Shown piece after piece: positions 21,001-31,232 of a stretch of 64,000 nucleotides of DNA (position 1 is the first letter of the stretch; the number at the start of each line of letters is the position of its first letter). Made by a program: the position numbers and the translations under genes. The DNA comes from Promethearchaeota archaeon (GTDB lineage: Archaea; Asgardarchaeota; Lokiarchaeia; Sigyniarchaeales; SOKP01): contig JBHLNZ010000006.1 in NCBI GenBank assembly GCA_048941015.1, forward strand, positions 1 through 64,000, in the 5' to 3' direction. The notes beneath the pieces are model-generated. The model had not been told where the DNA came from and made no database searches. It was given only the letters and a program-made list of their open reading frames with translations.

Positions 21001-24000
21001 ATAGTATCTATCAGTTCCTTCATATGAACCAATTATTTCAAATGCTCCATAATTTGGGATTAGAAATTCATAACTGTTATTAAATCCAATTTCAATTTTA
21101 AAAGATGTCAAAAACAAAGGATTTTCTATTTTAACATTAATAATTTGTCCTAAGAGTTCCCTTTCATAAATGTCGATCAAATCAAAATGAATAATAACTA
21201 GTTCACCAGGAAGAACCTGAAATTTTTCGGGAATTATTGAAATAGAGGTTTGTAATTTATCTATGCTTATTTCTTTAGTTAAGATAAACCCTCCATAATA
21301 TTGATCATCATCAATTACATAAATCTCAAATATTGCATTGTTAAATTCAAAGATATCCCTGTAGGGCGTCCAACTAAACTCTATAACTCCAAAATTATCT
21401 GTAAATCCATCTTTAATTATAATACGTGTTCCGTTAGGTAATAAGAGGGACAGTTGGATATGACAGTTTGAAGCTACATCAGATGGAATAATTAACTTAA
21501 AGACTTCAATGATAAATTGTTCTTCTAGGAATGGTGATAAACTATCAGGAAATTCAACTAAGTTCAATTCAACATTATATTTTGAAATAAAAGTTGAGAT
21601 TTTTGGAGTTGAACAATTATTATAATAGTCTGCATAGTCATAAACAGCAGAAATATTGACTTCTTGACCGATAAATTTAGGTTCAATATCCCATATACAT
21701 GAGATTAATCCCTCATTATCAGTGATTCCTTCATAGATTAAATATTTAGAAGTGCTGTTAGTAATGAAAAATTTTACTATCTCATCTTTAATTGGCATGC
21801 CTGTTAAATTATTTTCTAATCTTGCTCTTAAAAATAGATGTTCATCTGAGTAAAGAATTTCGGGAATTTTTTCCGTAAATTCTAGAGAAGTTGGAATTGG
21901 AGATACTCCGTAATAAATTTGGGTATAAGTTGGTAAATAGAGACTAGATCCACTGTAACTAGCATTTATTCTATATAATCCTAACTCTGTAAAGTTGAAT
22001 TGAATTGTTTGATTACAAGAAATTTGTAGAGTCAAGTAATTAGTTGGAGTCTCGATCTCTAAATATAACGTTTCTGTAATTAATAGATTATCAAAATAAT
22101 CATATAGCTCAAATGTTATATTCAAGTTTTCGTCAATATAATATTGATAGGAATCTGTTAATGCGGCAAAATCAATATAGGTAGGTGATTCGGTTATAAG
22201 AAGTTCTACACTATTACTGGCACCTTCATTTAAAGTGGTTTGATTAGTTTCAGCAATGAAAATTATAGAACTCTCTGCATAGGCTTCTGGTAAACTTACT
22301 AAGAAATTAACTTTTCCATCTAAATCAGTAGTTAATGAGTTAAGAAAGATCTTAGTAGAAGTAGTGAAATCAATATAAAACAATTTTACTAAACTACCAC
22401 TGATGGACTGTTGATTAAATGTGTCTATTAATTGGTATATGAGATTGATTGTATCTTCTTCAGGATAAATATATTCTGGATAATCTATTAGGTTTAACTT
22501 ACTAGGATATAGCTCTATAAAATAAACTATTTCTTTTTCCGTTGGAGCATAGAGCTCTGAACCAAGATAATAAAATTTGTAGATATATTTACCAGCCTCT
22601 GAAAATGATTTAGTCAGTAATGATGTCTCACTTAAATTAATAACCGAACTTTCATAATATGATAGATCTTCACATGTTATTTCATATGTAATCTCATCTT
22701 CGACTTTTTCTCCTCTAGTAGTTAAAAATTCTATTTCAATAATAATATCCTCATTTATATAGCTATGGGGATTAGGTGTGATTATGATATTGAAATAAGT
22801 TTTAAGCGGAGCAGTTGTAATCTTAATTTCATTAAAATATGATTGGTAATAGTTAGATTCTTCAGTGATTATTAAAATCGTTAAATTTTTGTTAATTAAA
22901 CTTGAGGGAATCTGCCATTCAAATTCTATTATCCCCTCTTCATTAGTAGTGTGGTTTTGAGAGTAAATAATGTTTTCTCCATCAAGGATAAGATAATGGA
23001 CTAGCAAACCAGGTATCGGATCAGAATTTGTAGTATTTAAATCAGTGAAAGTGGTATTAAACCGAACGAATTCATCGATTTTATAATCAAAGTTTTGAAT
23101 AGAAGGTTCAATCAAAACTTGGCGTTTTGATACATTTAATATTAAAGAATAGTATGAATCTTGATAGATATCATCATTTGATACAAAATGAAAAACAAAT
23201 TCAAAATCTGCTTCTCTTAATGGTTTCCAGGAAAAAGTATTGGTTAATGGTATTAAGACATCAAAAAGAAATTTATCTTCTACTAAACTTCCATTATCAT
23301 ATATGTTTTCAAAAACTGAAATCCATTTATTTTGAATCGATTCATTTGTAAATGCATCAAATAGATTTACTGTAATTGAAAAATTATTACCCGGAACTAA
23401 ATCCATTTCCGTTACATCTATAGAGAAATAGGTGGGGCGTTTTAAGATTTCTATTGTATAATAATCATGACATTCTAAATAGAGACTGGATCCATAATAA
23501 TCTATTTCTATATAATAAAGCCCTGCTGTTAGAAATTTTAAATTTAAAGAACTATTGTAAGAAGTAATAACCTCGAACTGCTCATAATACGTCTCATTAG
23601 ATATTGTGATTATTAATTGTGCATTTTCGATAAGCTTTTGAAGATCATCATTTAAAAGTTCAAAATTAAAAGTATAATTCTCATTTACATATAAATCAGT
23701 CTTATCTACACTAAATATAATGCGGGTATATAAAGGTCTAATGGTTATTGAAGAAACATTAGTTTTTCGCTGCAAACAGAAACCAAGCTTAGGAGAATTA
23801 TAAGCATAATATTTCACGGTTTTAGAAGCCCAATTCTCAGGGATATCAAATATAAATGTAGCTAATCCTTCTGAATTAGTAATTCCTGAAAGAAATTCCA
23901 TAAATTCACCAGTTTGGTTGGTACATAGAAAAATATTGAGCCCTTCAATGGGCATATTCGTTGAAAGATCTTTTGCTAAAATGGTTATAGCTACTTCCTG

Positions 24001-27000
24001 ATTTATATAATAAATACTCTCTGACGGAGAAATCTCTTTAATTGATAATTTTAATCGTGTAACATTAAAAACAATCGCTGTTTCACTACTTTCAAACAAA
24101 TCTGAGACATTAAACCTGCAACGAATTAGATGTTCTCCAGGCGTTGAAAAACTAATCAAAATTGGTGTTGAAGAATTATAAACTCCTATTGGAATAAAAT
24201 TATCAGAAATGCTAATTGATTCAAAATAGATTTCAAAACCAGTGTTTTCATTGATAAGTCTAGAGTAAATATAAAGATTTTGATTAACAATTACATCAAA
24301 ACCTTCTGGAGCTAAAGAAAGTAATTCTATGCTTGTAGGAGTTAAATCAATATGCAGAGAATACATTTCTGATTTTTTTTCAGCCCAGATATCGAAATAA
24401 AATGGTTCATCCCTAAATGGTTCAGATAACTGTCCATAATTTTCTTCTACTTTAGCAAAAATGAAGTAGTCCCCCTGAAATAGATTTGTTACTGTTATAG
24501 AAGCTATCCCATGCGCATCTGTTAAAGATGTACCTAGCAAAGTAATATTTCCATAATAATCTGAATAGAAGTTAACTTTTGCTCTAATTGCTGGAGCTCC
24601 AGTAAAGAGATCTGTAACATTTGCGACGATATCTAAATTATCTGTAGTATATGCTTGAGTTGCCAAGCTAAGATTTAAATCCACAGGGCGTCTTTTAACC
24701 TCAATGGTAAAATTCCCATTAACACTTTTATAGGTTGGATTTTCTATAACTTCAAAGAAAATCGTATAGTTTCCAGGGCACGTTGGACTATAAGTATATG
24801 TACTATCTGAATTAATCATTTTTGTATTATTATAATATATTATTTTCGGTGTTTCTTCCCACCACACTACATCAAAACCAATATAATCTAACCATGTCCC
24901 TATAACTGCGTTCGATTCAAAATTTGAGAGATATGAATTTTGTGCATCTTTTAAATACCCTTCAAAATAACTGAAAAATCGGAATGTAATCACATTATTA
25001 GGATCTACATATTGCGACAAATTATCAGCAGTAAAATCAAAACTATAATCTGGAATGTTTAATAAATTCAATGGATTATTTGGATTCCCTAATTCAAAGG
25101 TCTCTTCGAAAAGATAATCTAAATAAGTAATATAACTATCTGTTTTATAGTTATAGACTTCTATTCTCCCAAATGACTCAATTATGTTGTTTATATTTAT
25201 ATAGGCTGATTCAAGAAAATGTGCCCCAAATAATGTAGCATTAATATATGATATATCTTTTAATTCCAAATCATAAAGACTAAACAGATAATCTAAATCT
25301 AATTGAAAATAGATTTCGATTTTCTGACGAGAGTAATCTGTATTTGGGTCATATTCTAAAATCTCAGGAGCAACTATCAAGCTAGCGTTCGGATACAATG
25401 TAGAATTTAATAAATATATATCTTTTAGTGTTGCTAATGGTATTCCGGTTTCATTATGAAATACTATTCCTGAATAGTTAGTAAAGGAAGTAAAATGTGT
25501 TCTAACCCAACTATGAGCATCCCAATATGCCTTTTCTTCAATAATATCCAATGGTAAATTTACTTCCTTTCCAAAGAAATTGTCCAGTGTAAGTGCGATA
25601 CTAAAATCAACATCATCCCCCATATAACATTCTATGAAATTAGGAATGATCTCCATAGTAAGTTCGAGCTTATCTGAAAATATTGGATAATGATCTATTG
25701 TTTCTGCTGTTCCAGAAATAGTATATGGATCATCTCCGATTCCATCATCGTCTAAATCCTCTCCAATATAATCATCATAAGAATTACCTATGGTTCCATT
25801 ATCCCATTGATTATTTGATTGAACTGGTATTGATGTATAGTATGAGATCTCAATATAATCTATATTCATCCAGATAATAGTAAGTACAGGTTCCCAGCAG
25901 TACATATATAGCGCCATCCATTCAATATAACCCCCTTGTAGAACTCTATCATATACAGGACCAGAAGTTATAGTCCAGACATTATCATAATAATACGCAT
26001 TCACAGGAGTAGAAGCGACTGTAATAGACTGATAATCACCATTGTCAGCAACTACAAAGAGGGTGAGATCACTTGCTTGATCTAATACGTTTGGTAACCA
26101 ACCCCCTTCTGTCATCACTCGATAATCAATTTCAATCTTTGACAAATATTGGTGAGTAATGCTGTCAAAATTATCATAATTTCCCCAATCTATATGAAGC
26201 CAATCGGGAGGTATATAATATGGATAATCTGCCTCTAAGAATAGATTATAATTATCTTTACTACTTAGAGCATTATCTATTAATGATGCATCAGCAACAA
26301 CTCTTGGAAAAGCTGTTCCCCATAAAAGTCCTCGGAAATCCAATATTTGATAGGCGTAATTTTTATGATATGAGATTGGAACTAAATCGTAGCTATTATC
26401 CTCAGCATTTAATCCGTTTCCTATGAATTCATTATCATGAATAAGGTTGAAATTAGAATATCCTTCAATAATTAAACCATTCTCATTTGAAGTAATACTA
26501 TTATTCTTTATAGTATTATTATTACATCTATGTTCAAGGTAAATTCCATAAACATTTTCGAATATTATATTATCAAATATATTGTTATGTTCTCCACCAT
26601 AAGACCTAATACCATAACCATTAGTGATTATCTGATTGTAATAGATATCATTATATTCTGATTCGGAAATATCTATAGCAAATTTCGATCGTTTTATAAT
26701 ATTACCAGAGATGTCATTACCATCTGAGTGACTGATAATGATTCCATTTGCGTTATCATTTAAGTTATTATGCCAAACATAATGATATCCACCAGGCGAT
26801 TCCAAACTTATTCCAAAATGGGTACTTCCACTTATATTATTTCCAGATATTGTGTTATATTCGCCCCAGATAGTTCTTATTCCATTATAACTTTGTTTAA
26901 TCTCGTTGCCCATAACCATATTATTATAATTATTACCATGTACCAAGATACCTACGTAATTAGAATTTAATTTATTGTTTAATATTTCATTCTCATGTCC

Positions 27001-28431
27001 AATATGTAATTCTATTCCTTCTCGTCTATTGTTTTCTACTGTATTATTCTCAATAAATACATTAATAGCTTTTTCTACACATATACCTTCAAGAAAATTA
27101 TCGTTTATGGTATTTCCTATAACTTTGGTTTGATTAGTATTATATAGATAAATCCCCCTAGCGTTATTTAATGAACAATTGTTTTCTGTTAAAATACCTC
27201 GAGTAGTATTAATTAAGGTAATTGCTGCCATCATTGTGCCCGGACCGGAGTTAAATAAGTTACTATTTTTTATCTCAAATTTAACATACGAATTTTTGAT
27301 TTCTATACAACTCTCTGTATTATTTCCATTTATGGTTACATTTTCAATCCTAAAACCATCACCAACATTACCTGAACACCAATCATAATTAGTGGCATAA
27401 TGTTCCCAACTTTTCAATTGATCTGAATCATCAATTAATAGTGGGGGCAGATCAAGCCAATGGAGATTATTATTTTCAATTATGTTACCGGATAAACTAC
27501 CAGAAATACAGCTCTCATCTCCTATTATGGTGTTATAAAGAATGGAGTTATCATAGCTTGTACCTAATTTAATCCCGGTTTCTCCACAACGCTTCATATT
27601 ATTAAATTTTATAGAGTTATTATGGCTAACCCTTAGACCTATGCCATGGCAGTAGCTGATTGGAGAATAATCCATACCATCAATAATATTGTTAAGAATT
27701 GAATTATTACTTGAACTCAATTCAATAGCTCCAGAATAAAAACTAGTAAGCAAATTGTTAGAAATAGAGTTATATCTAGATCCAGAAAGGATATCTATTC
27801 CATATTGATTTCGTTCAAATTGGTTTTTACATATTATATTACTGCTACTTTTATAAACAAGGACTCCAATACCGTTATCATAACCCATGTTATTTGAAAT
27901 AGTATTATTGTCACTATAATCTAATGTAATGCTTCCAGATTCTCCAACATTATCATATAAGATATTATTACTAACGGTGTTATTTCTAGAGTTATATAAA
28001 CGGATGCCAAAAATATTTGAATAACAAGTATTATTTATCAAATAAGCATTTGTGACATTTTCCAAAAGAATTCCATCGTAATCAGTAGAATGACAAATAC
28101 TATTATTAATAATAAAAGGTTGATTAGAATTAACTATTTTAATGCAATACTGAGCGGTTCCATGACCGTCAATAATAATGTTGTCAATCAAATAGGGGTC
28201 TTCCCATGTTCCTGAACCTGAACACCAAGTATAATTTTCTGCAAATTTGCTCCAACTTAAATTTGGATCAGTATCATTGATGAAGATGGGAAATAAAACA
28301 GGCATCTGACCATTAGATAACTTTATTTCAGTGTTCTCATTATTAACTTGAACATTATTGTTAGCAACTATTACTAATACGAAAACTAAGCCTAAAATGA
28401 ATAGAATTAATAATTTATTATTTTTTTCCAT
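15004..28431 (-). CDS. Giant (4475 aa) cell-surface protein: NosD-type beta-helix repeats, many Ig-like repeats, internal TM pair and polytopic C-terminus
   Basis: N-terminal signal/anchor; GSGTWEDPYLI and NNTI..N parallel beta-helix repeats; recurrent TD.nG.a and Y.G...Y..s Ig-like motifs; hydrophobic segments near 19800-19990 and 15004-15990. Confidence 0.85.
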   Translation of the reverse strand: MEKNNKLLILFILGLVFVLVIVANNNVQVNNENTEIKLSNGQMPVLFPIFINDTDPNLSWSKFAENYTWCSGSGTWEDPYLIDNIIIDGHGTAQYCIKIVNSNQPFIINNSICHSTDYDGILLENVTNAYLINNTCYSNIFGIRLYNSRNNTVSNNILYDNVGESGSITLDYSDNNTISNNMGYDNGIGVLVYKSSSNIICKNQFERNQYGIDILSGSRYNSISNNLLTSFYSGAIELSSSNNSILNNIIDGMDYSPISYCHGIGLRVSHNNSIKFNNMKRCGETGIKLGTSYDNSILYNTIIGDESCISGSLSGNIIENNNLHWLDLPPLLIDDSDQLKSWEHYATNYDWCSGNVGDGFRIENVTINGNNTESCIEIKNSYVKFEIKNSNLFNSGPGTMMAAITLINTTRGILTENNCSLNNARGIYLYNTNQTKVIGNTINDNFLEGICVEKAINVFIENNTVENNRREGIELHIGHENEILNNKLNSNYVGILVHGNNYNNMVMGNEIKQSYNGIRTIWGEYNTISGNNISGSTHFGISLESPGGYHYVWHNNLNDNANGIIISHSDGNDISGNIIKRSKFAIDISESEYNDIYYNQIITNGYGIRSYGGEHNNIFDNIIFENVYGIYLEHRCNNNTIKNNSITSNENGLIIEGYSNFNLIHDNEFIGNGLNAEDNSYDLVPISYHKNYAYQILDFRGLLWGTAFPRVVADASLIDNALSSKDNYNLFLEADYPYYIPPDWLHIDWGNYDNFDSITHQYLSKIEIDYRVMTEGGWLPNVLDQASDLTLFVVADNGDYQSITVASTPVNAYYYDNVWTITSGPVYDRVLQGGYIEWMALYMYCWEPVLTIIWMNIDYIEISYYTSIPVQSNNQWDNGTIGNSYDDYIGEDLDDDGIGDDPYTISGTAETIDHYPIFSDKLELTMEIIPNFIECYMGDDVDFSIALTLDNFFGKEVNLPLDIIEEKAYWDAHSWVRTHFTSFTNYSGIVFHNETGIPLATLKDIYLLNSTLYPNASLIVAPEILEYDPNTDYSRQKIEIYFQLDLDYLFSLYDLELKDISYINATLFGAHFLESAYININNIIESFGRIEVYNYKTDSYITYLDYLFEETFELGNPNNPLNLLNIPDYSFDFTADNLSQYVDPNNVITFRFFSYFEGYLKDAQNSYLSNFESNAVIGTWLDYIGFDVVWWEETPKIIYYNNTKMINSDSTYTYSPTCPGNYTIFFEVIENPTYKSVNGNFTIEVKRRPVDLNLSLATQAYTTDNLDIVANVTDLFTGAPAIRAKVNFYSDYYGNITLLGTSLTDAHGIASITVTNLFQGDYFIFAKVEENYGQLSEPFRDEPFYFDIWAEKKSEMYSLHIDLTPTSIELLSLAPEGFDVIVNQNLYIYSRLINENTGFEIYFESISISDNFIPIGVYNSSTPILISFSTPGEHLIRCRFNVSDLFESSETAIVFNVTRLKLSIKEISPSESIYYINQEVAITILAKDLSTNMPIEGLNIFLCTNQTGEFMEFLSGITNSEGLATFIFDIPENWASKTVKYYAYNSPKLGFCLQRKTNVSSITIRPLYTRIIFSVDKTDLYVNENYTFNFELLNDDLQKLIENAQLIITISNETYYEQFEVITSYNSSLNLKFLTAGLYYIEIDYYGSSLYLECHDYYTIEILKRPTYFSIDVTEMDLVPGNNFSITVNLFDAFTNESIQNKWISVFENIYDNGSLVEDKFLFDVLIPLTNTFSWKPLREADFEFVFHFVSNDDIYQDSYYSLILNVSKRQVLIEPSIQNFDYKIDEFVRFNTTFTDLNTTNSDPIPGLLVHYLILDGENIIYSQNHTTNEEGIIEFEWQIPSSLINKNLTILIITEESNYYQSYFNEIKITTAPLKTYFNIIITPNPHSYINEDIIIEIEFLTTRGEKVEDEITYEITCEDLSYYESSVINLSETSLLTKSFSEAGKYIYKFYYLGSELYAPTEKEIVYFIELYPSKLNLIDYPEYIYPEEDTINLIYQLIDTFNQQSISGSLVKLFYIDFTTSTKIFLNSLTTDLDGKVNFLVSLPEAYAESSIIFIAETNQTTLNEGASNSVELLITESPTYIDFAALTDSYQYYIDENLNITFELYDYFDNLLITETLYLEIETPTNYLTLQISCNQTIQFNFTELGLYRINASYSGSSLYLPTYTQIYYGVSPIPTSLEFTEKIPEILYSDEHLFLRARLENNLTGMPIKDEIVKFFITNSTSKYLIYEGITDNEGLISCIWDIEPKFIGQEVNISAVYDYADYYNNCSTPKISTFISKYNVELNLVEFPDSLSPFLEEQFIIEVFKLIIPSDVASNCHIQLSLLLPNGTRIIIKDGFTDNFGVIEFSWTPYRDIFEFNNAIFEIYVIDDDQYYGGFILTKEISIDKLQTSISIIPEKFQVLPGELVIIHFDLIDIYERELLGQIINVKIENPLFLTSFKIEIGFNNSYEFLIPNYGAFEIIGSYEGTDRYYPSSNETEIYSEKFELEIDLSILEAFSVVESTDFLGTYLNYSILDFNNNLTLVANVTIKDYDIPYEDAEVSFFFLQKNKEPILIGSNITNKEGIAIFNWDTSNYTTTNWWKNTAILAKIDETEYNYAAESNPIYFNLRKIKTSLELELFTSKFRIDINYDINITLYDEFLIALKGYNLSVDIYFKGKITQSYEIVTNDTTFFNFTPTKLGNYIIKVYFAGTEEYKESQLTEEHKCVEKEPTNIQTNLPEYIRPGELYSINVILFNSTGGLLIGELVAIQIICHDESGSTEYFYLDLIIGDNNTFDWIFPEYDEYIIKATYKGTDDYLGCKVNFKAQSIFTFSLSFWETFFIILVPALMITPSFNFKIKTSKGKRRKKIFLVIFLVITILFSSYSGIALICSQTERTGLIKDLKAISNYYPEDPLTQNQDTMNDLYDYGGSTLEKINPEWIPNLENDTESYDLVLENSTIIPPELDMNPPRLWFSEISNGDILREKTTIKLGVFDRESGVHEVLFKLLYQGITLVKEDFFYYDPISDLYIYNLSTTDYVDGEYVIYALAIDNNNNNNTASVEIRIVNNPIYDVDPTEYENVKAELTDYINISFTSIANGTYNLKILDLNYKTIIKMSDSITTEKMNTLEILIDPLFFKASDYIILITILMLNVLGIVVKETKELNLQVLKESVKLEIDIMEDDNIYSNHLINVKARLVENDKYLSESDELIEIEPKTPIPGQVLTFEMGDRDNPQTLGTTVTDINGYATFNYNVSVAKGQHIFNVTFQGNNIYQPIEEMKLFKNKGKYMNIQLVYVSNNIPYNEIGNISAVLLADEKRLSNQTLYFNISNSENNYYLGMASTDTNGEAKLLFPCDYAPGEYDIIVSYDGKSIYADNVSIFKGKLNITLQDVALSIQTGMGSDIHCPYYYNTSLVANLLEDDTNNGIEDIMVTFEAILFPSGTKYPIGSSLTDPNGLASINFNPSLISNLIPGNYILNVNTSGNDFYKESSDTANLIISKDIPIISIQGTETLFHTEFQINATLTDSQLNPIQGAALNFYIINSSKSPEEILYNGKAETNSNGTATLKVQPEEFPYLGKFDIFVFFDGMQNLIYDSTSNMVKYGLQVFQHTTLLLIQGPEKGNVIDPYEIDLFLLDKEGTPITGQKVLIECYKEGGITNLLRPNTHVITDNLYGNATFSLNITVPGTFIIKALYLPLFDDDVYNNGYLSSQSEIRFIIERVPADLSITKINLPRIMRGDIFKFTVETGLEEAKREDIPINIFVDIDLNGDGIKHDDIFRGKYFFIENGTGVIAYNIPVDDTFQAGQHKFTVVIDEEWSSFTGSTSFLIDFIERTTLEIKYHFLNPNASGRHYLWEEEQIEFILRDEDGDPLPYSCNIKDGSMIVTNRTIYYQIVNGKNTYGTANVTLEDGNYSIYYTPTKYGFETSTVTYQGARFFAPSNSRRIAKILRRPLNLTFIDYWHNNPNRPDVKHSGHRGEIITIVARIQDYLNGSNLKNQIVDFGYYIHHFRDIIRYLDISNKSDNNGWVYINVKLNVTNKLIQAGNYQLRLKIKMNDYYQPIEVSHQDRLRIFEIGHIGINIGAISMEDMNYVMKPTICLYDEDNRVVRNVEFYIQLLEMRTNQVAHDQYMSSGRVEIAIMNAGLYEIRVSIADEDIAELLNIQEIASYFNQSLYVFLLTKVANILVSDDYVPYIYIPIISDVLYFALEYAVKWKAGIYSFLLLLVLNIFSGYIGEYVGLTWMDLLKLILFTAFCGLFEYSRWFLYGFLRMYEEDVDDYWLLLSVSKLINSLKSPSWFIVAISLIAIDLILIQFNFREFKLDIDLNVEVILIELLILFIAGLIEFIFHNLPSILEPLRRGLIYLGKRIWDTFHKYKEYHEKLISVLPIASYIIFIISDALIGFVIDLIFDLIPKPDDPFLAFLIDIARLALKYSLIIGVNVVISIYGGGPSNIAAQAIKEAVKQVIKKVVEKLIIDMLSKVLFDFLFDIIIPI

Positions 28432-28656
28432 TAAATTTCGCCAAAATTTTTTTTATTTTAAAAATTTTATAAAAAAATTACGTAACTATATATGTCATGT
28501 TTTTATTTAACAATTTTGTGAAACAGTTACGCTAAATAAAATAAGTGTCTTTGTTTTTATAAAAACCTATAAGGACCAAATTTTTACATAGTATGAAAGA
28601 CTATTTCCTTAAAACCTGAAGTATAATTGAATAGGCTATAAGAAAAAATTAAGGTA

Positions 28657-31017
28657 TTAATATCTTTTAATGAATTTATCAGCTGACTTCTGCTCGAGCT
28701 TTATAACTGCATCTTTAAAATCTTTAACATGAGCACCAAACTCATTTATTAAATCCGGTGTTACTTCAAATGCTTTGTCAAAATTTTCGATTGCTGTGAA
28801 ATACTCTTTCTTATCTAAATATGTATAAGCTATAAAAAGCCACGCATGAGCTAAGAAAGGATCTAATTCCGTTGCTTTTTTATAATTACTAATGGCTCTA
28901 TCATATTCTTTTTTTGTTCTATATGCATTTCCCATATTGTAAAATGCTTCTGCATATAAAGGTTCAACCTCAACGGCTTGTTGGTAAGATTCGATAGCGT
29001 TGTCAGGCTCACCTTTCTTCTCATAAGCTATTCCCATGTGGTTCCAAGATTTCGCATGATTTTTACTTAAATCAAGTGCTTTTTTAAAAGTATTAATCGC
29101 CGTATCAAAATCGCCCTTAAGCGTATTTGCAATTCCAATAGTGAAATATCCTTCAATATATGCACTATCTAATTTTAATGCGTCATTGCAATCGTTTATG
29201 GCGTCATCATATCTCTTATTTTTAATCGCAATTTTAGCTTTGTTTATTAACTCATTTTTATATTTGGTTTTAATAGGAACTTTGTCTTTATATTCTGAAC
29301 TTTCTATTAAATCATTTACGCTCATAGCTTTTTCAAAATATTCAAAAGATTCATTATAATTTTGTTCTTCGGATAATTGAATTGCTTGTTCAACTAAAAG
29401 TTTGATTTCAGAATGATGAACTTCATCAATTGATAATTTAATTTTATTCATTTCTTCAAAGCGACGCTTAGGATCATCAATTGTTTTAGCATATTCCATC
29501 TTTTTATTTAATTTTTCGAGTTCTCTTTCAAATTTCTTTTGTTCATCAGTTAAATCGCCCCTGCCAACGAGATCCTTTAATTCAGCCTGATATATCAGAC
29601 TTTTTATTTTATTCTCTTCCTTTTCCATATCTTCAGTTAAATACATCTTATTAGTAATTGCCAAAGCCCTTTTGAAGATCTCAAGGGCTTCATCATATTC
29701 TTTTTCCTCTAATAAAGCTTTACCCTCTTTTAAAATCTCATCTATCTGAGAAGAATAAGCTTTATTAACGGAATTCTTCAATGCTTCGAGTTCTTCATTT
29801 TCATCTTCAGCTATAGTCATTTCTTTTGCCATGCTAATTGCAGCATATAATTCATTTATCGCCTTTTCATAATTTTTCTGAGCAATCTGTCTTAAATAAT
29901 TGTCTTTCAATAAATTGATTCGAGTAAGACATGTTTTATTTATTAATTCCTTGATATTTTTAATTTCAAGTTCTTTTTGTGAAGAGTTTGTCATTTCTTC
30001 AGCAATATTTAAAGCTTTCTTAAATAATTCGATTGCTTTGTTTACATTTGTTATATCTTGCTCATAATTTTCCTTAATAGTATACTTTTTAGCTTCATCA
30101 ATAATTGGTTTAATTCTTTCAGCATAAATAGGGTTTAAAGCTTTCGATGCGATTGAAGTTATCTTATCGATTTCCATTTTTTTTTGTTCTGAATCAAACA
30201 TTTTTTCTGCGATATTTAACGCTTTGTTAAATTCTTTATTAGCTTCATTATAATTATTTTGTTCTAATAAGGAACTTCCTTTTTCTACGATAGGTTTTAC
30301 ATTATTAGAATAGATTTGATTAATCAAACTTTTTAGGTTGGCAACTTCTGTATTTTTTAGATCAGATTCAAAAAATTTTTCCGTCATTTCTAATGCATCT
30401 TTAAATATTTCAAGTGCTTCATTGGATTTACCTGAGACTTTTAATTGATTCCCTTGTTCAATTAATAGATTAATTTCTGTTGCATAATTTTGATTAAGTA
30501 CTGCTTTAATTTTAACAATTTGTTCATGATTTGGATTTTCTTTATAAATTTCTTTAGCTTTATCTAGTGTGTCTTTAAGAATTTTAATCGAATTTTCATA
30601 TCTTCCTTCTTTCCTCAATCTTTCTGCTTGATATATTTCTTCATCTAAATTAATTATATTTAGCCAATCTTTTATTTCATCTATTTCATTTTGCCTTAAA
30701 TCATGATCTTCAATTTTATCAGCAATTCTCCTTGCTTCATCAAAAACTTTTAATGCTTTTTTAAATTCATTTTGTTTCAATATTATCTTAGTAGCTTCAA
30801 TGATATCAATAATTTTGACTGAATAAACTTGATCTATTTGTGTTTTTATGTTTTCTATTTCATCTAATCTATCATCAGGATCCTTAACTTTCTCTTCTAC
30901 AAAATGCATTGCTTCAAGATACTTTTCAACTGCTCTATTGTAATTTTTTTCGTTTTTAAACGAGTTTCCTTCCTGCATGATAGAATTAAGTTTCTTCAAG
31001 TCAGACTTTTTAACCAT
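28657..31017 (-). CDS. TPR/alpha-solenoid repeat protein
   Basis: Canonical C-terminal TPRs (AKSWNHMGIAYEKKGEPDNAIESYQQAVEVEP) preceded by longer degenerate helical repeats. Confidence 0.9.
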   Translation of the reverse strand: MVKKSDLKKLNSIMQEGNSFKNEKNYNRAVEKYLEAMHFVEEKVKDPDDRLDEIENIKTQIDQVYSVKIIDIIEATKIILKQNEFKKALKVFDEARRIADKIEDHDLRQNEIDEIKDWLNIINLDEEIYQAERLRKEGRYENSIKILKDTLDKAKEIYKENPNHEQIVKIKAVLNQNYATEINLLIEQGNQLKVSGKSNEALEIFKDALEMTEKFFESDLKNTEVANLKSLINQIYSNNVKPIVEKGSSLLEQNNYNEANKEFNKALNIAEKMFDSEQKKMEIDKITSIASKALNPIYAERIKPIIDEAKKYTIKENYEQDITNVNKAIELFKKALNIAEEMTNSSQKELEIKNIKELINKTCLTRINLLKDNYLRQIAQKNYEKAINELYAAISMAKEMTIAEDENEELEALKNSVNKAYSSQIDEILKEGKALLEEKEYDEALEIFKRALAITNKMYLTEDMEKEENKIKSLIYQAELKDLVGRGDLTDEQKKFERELEKLNKKMEYAKTIDDPKRRFEEMNKIKLSIDEVHHSEIKLLVEQAIQLSEEQNYNESFEYFEKAMSVNDLIESSEYKDKVPIKTKYKNELINKAKIAIKNKRYDDAINDCNDALKLDSAYIEGYFTIGIANTLKGDFDTAINTFKKALDLSKNHAKSWNHMGIAYEKKGEPDNAIESYQQAVEVEPLYAEAFYNMGNAYRTKKEYDRAISNYKKATELDPFLAHAWLFIAYTYLDKKEYFTAIENFDKAFEVTPDLINEFGAHVKDFKDAVIKLEQKSADKFIKRY

Positions 31018-31232
31018 TTTTCCTTCGCCAAATCAAATAATCAGAATTATTTCTTTTTAATATTAATCCTTAGAATTAATCTAAATTTTTTAAATTTTTC
31101 TTATAAACATCGATAAAATTCAAATTTTTATAAAAAAACCACTTTCTATTTAAAAGATTAACTCATAAAAAAAGTTTTAATTTGTTTCTATACGAACTTA
31201 AACTAATGGAATGAATAATTTGAAATTATTTT

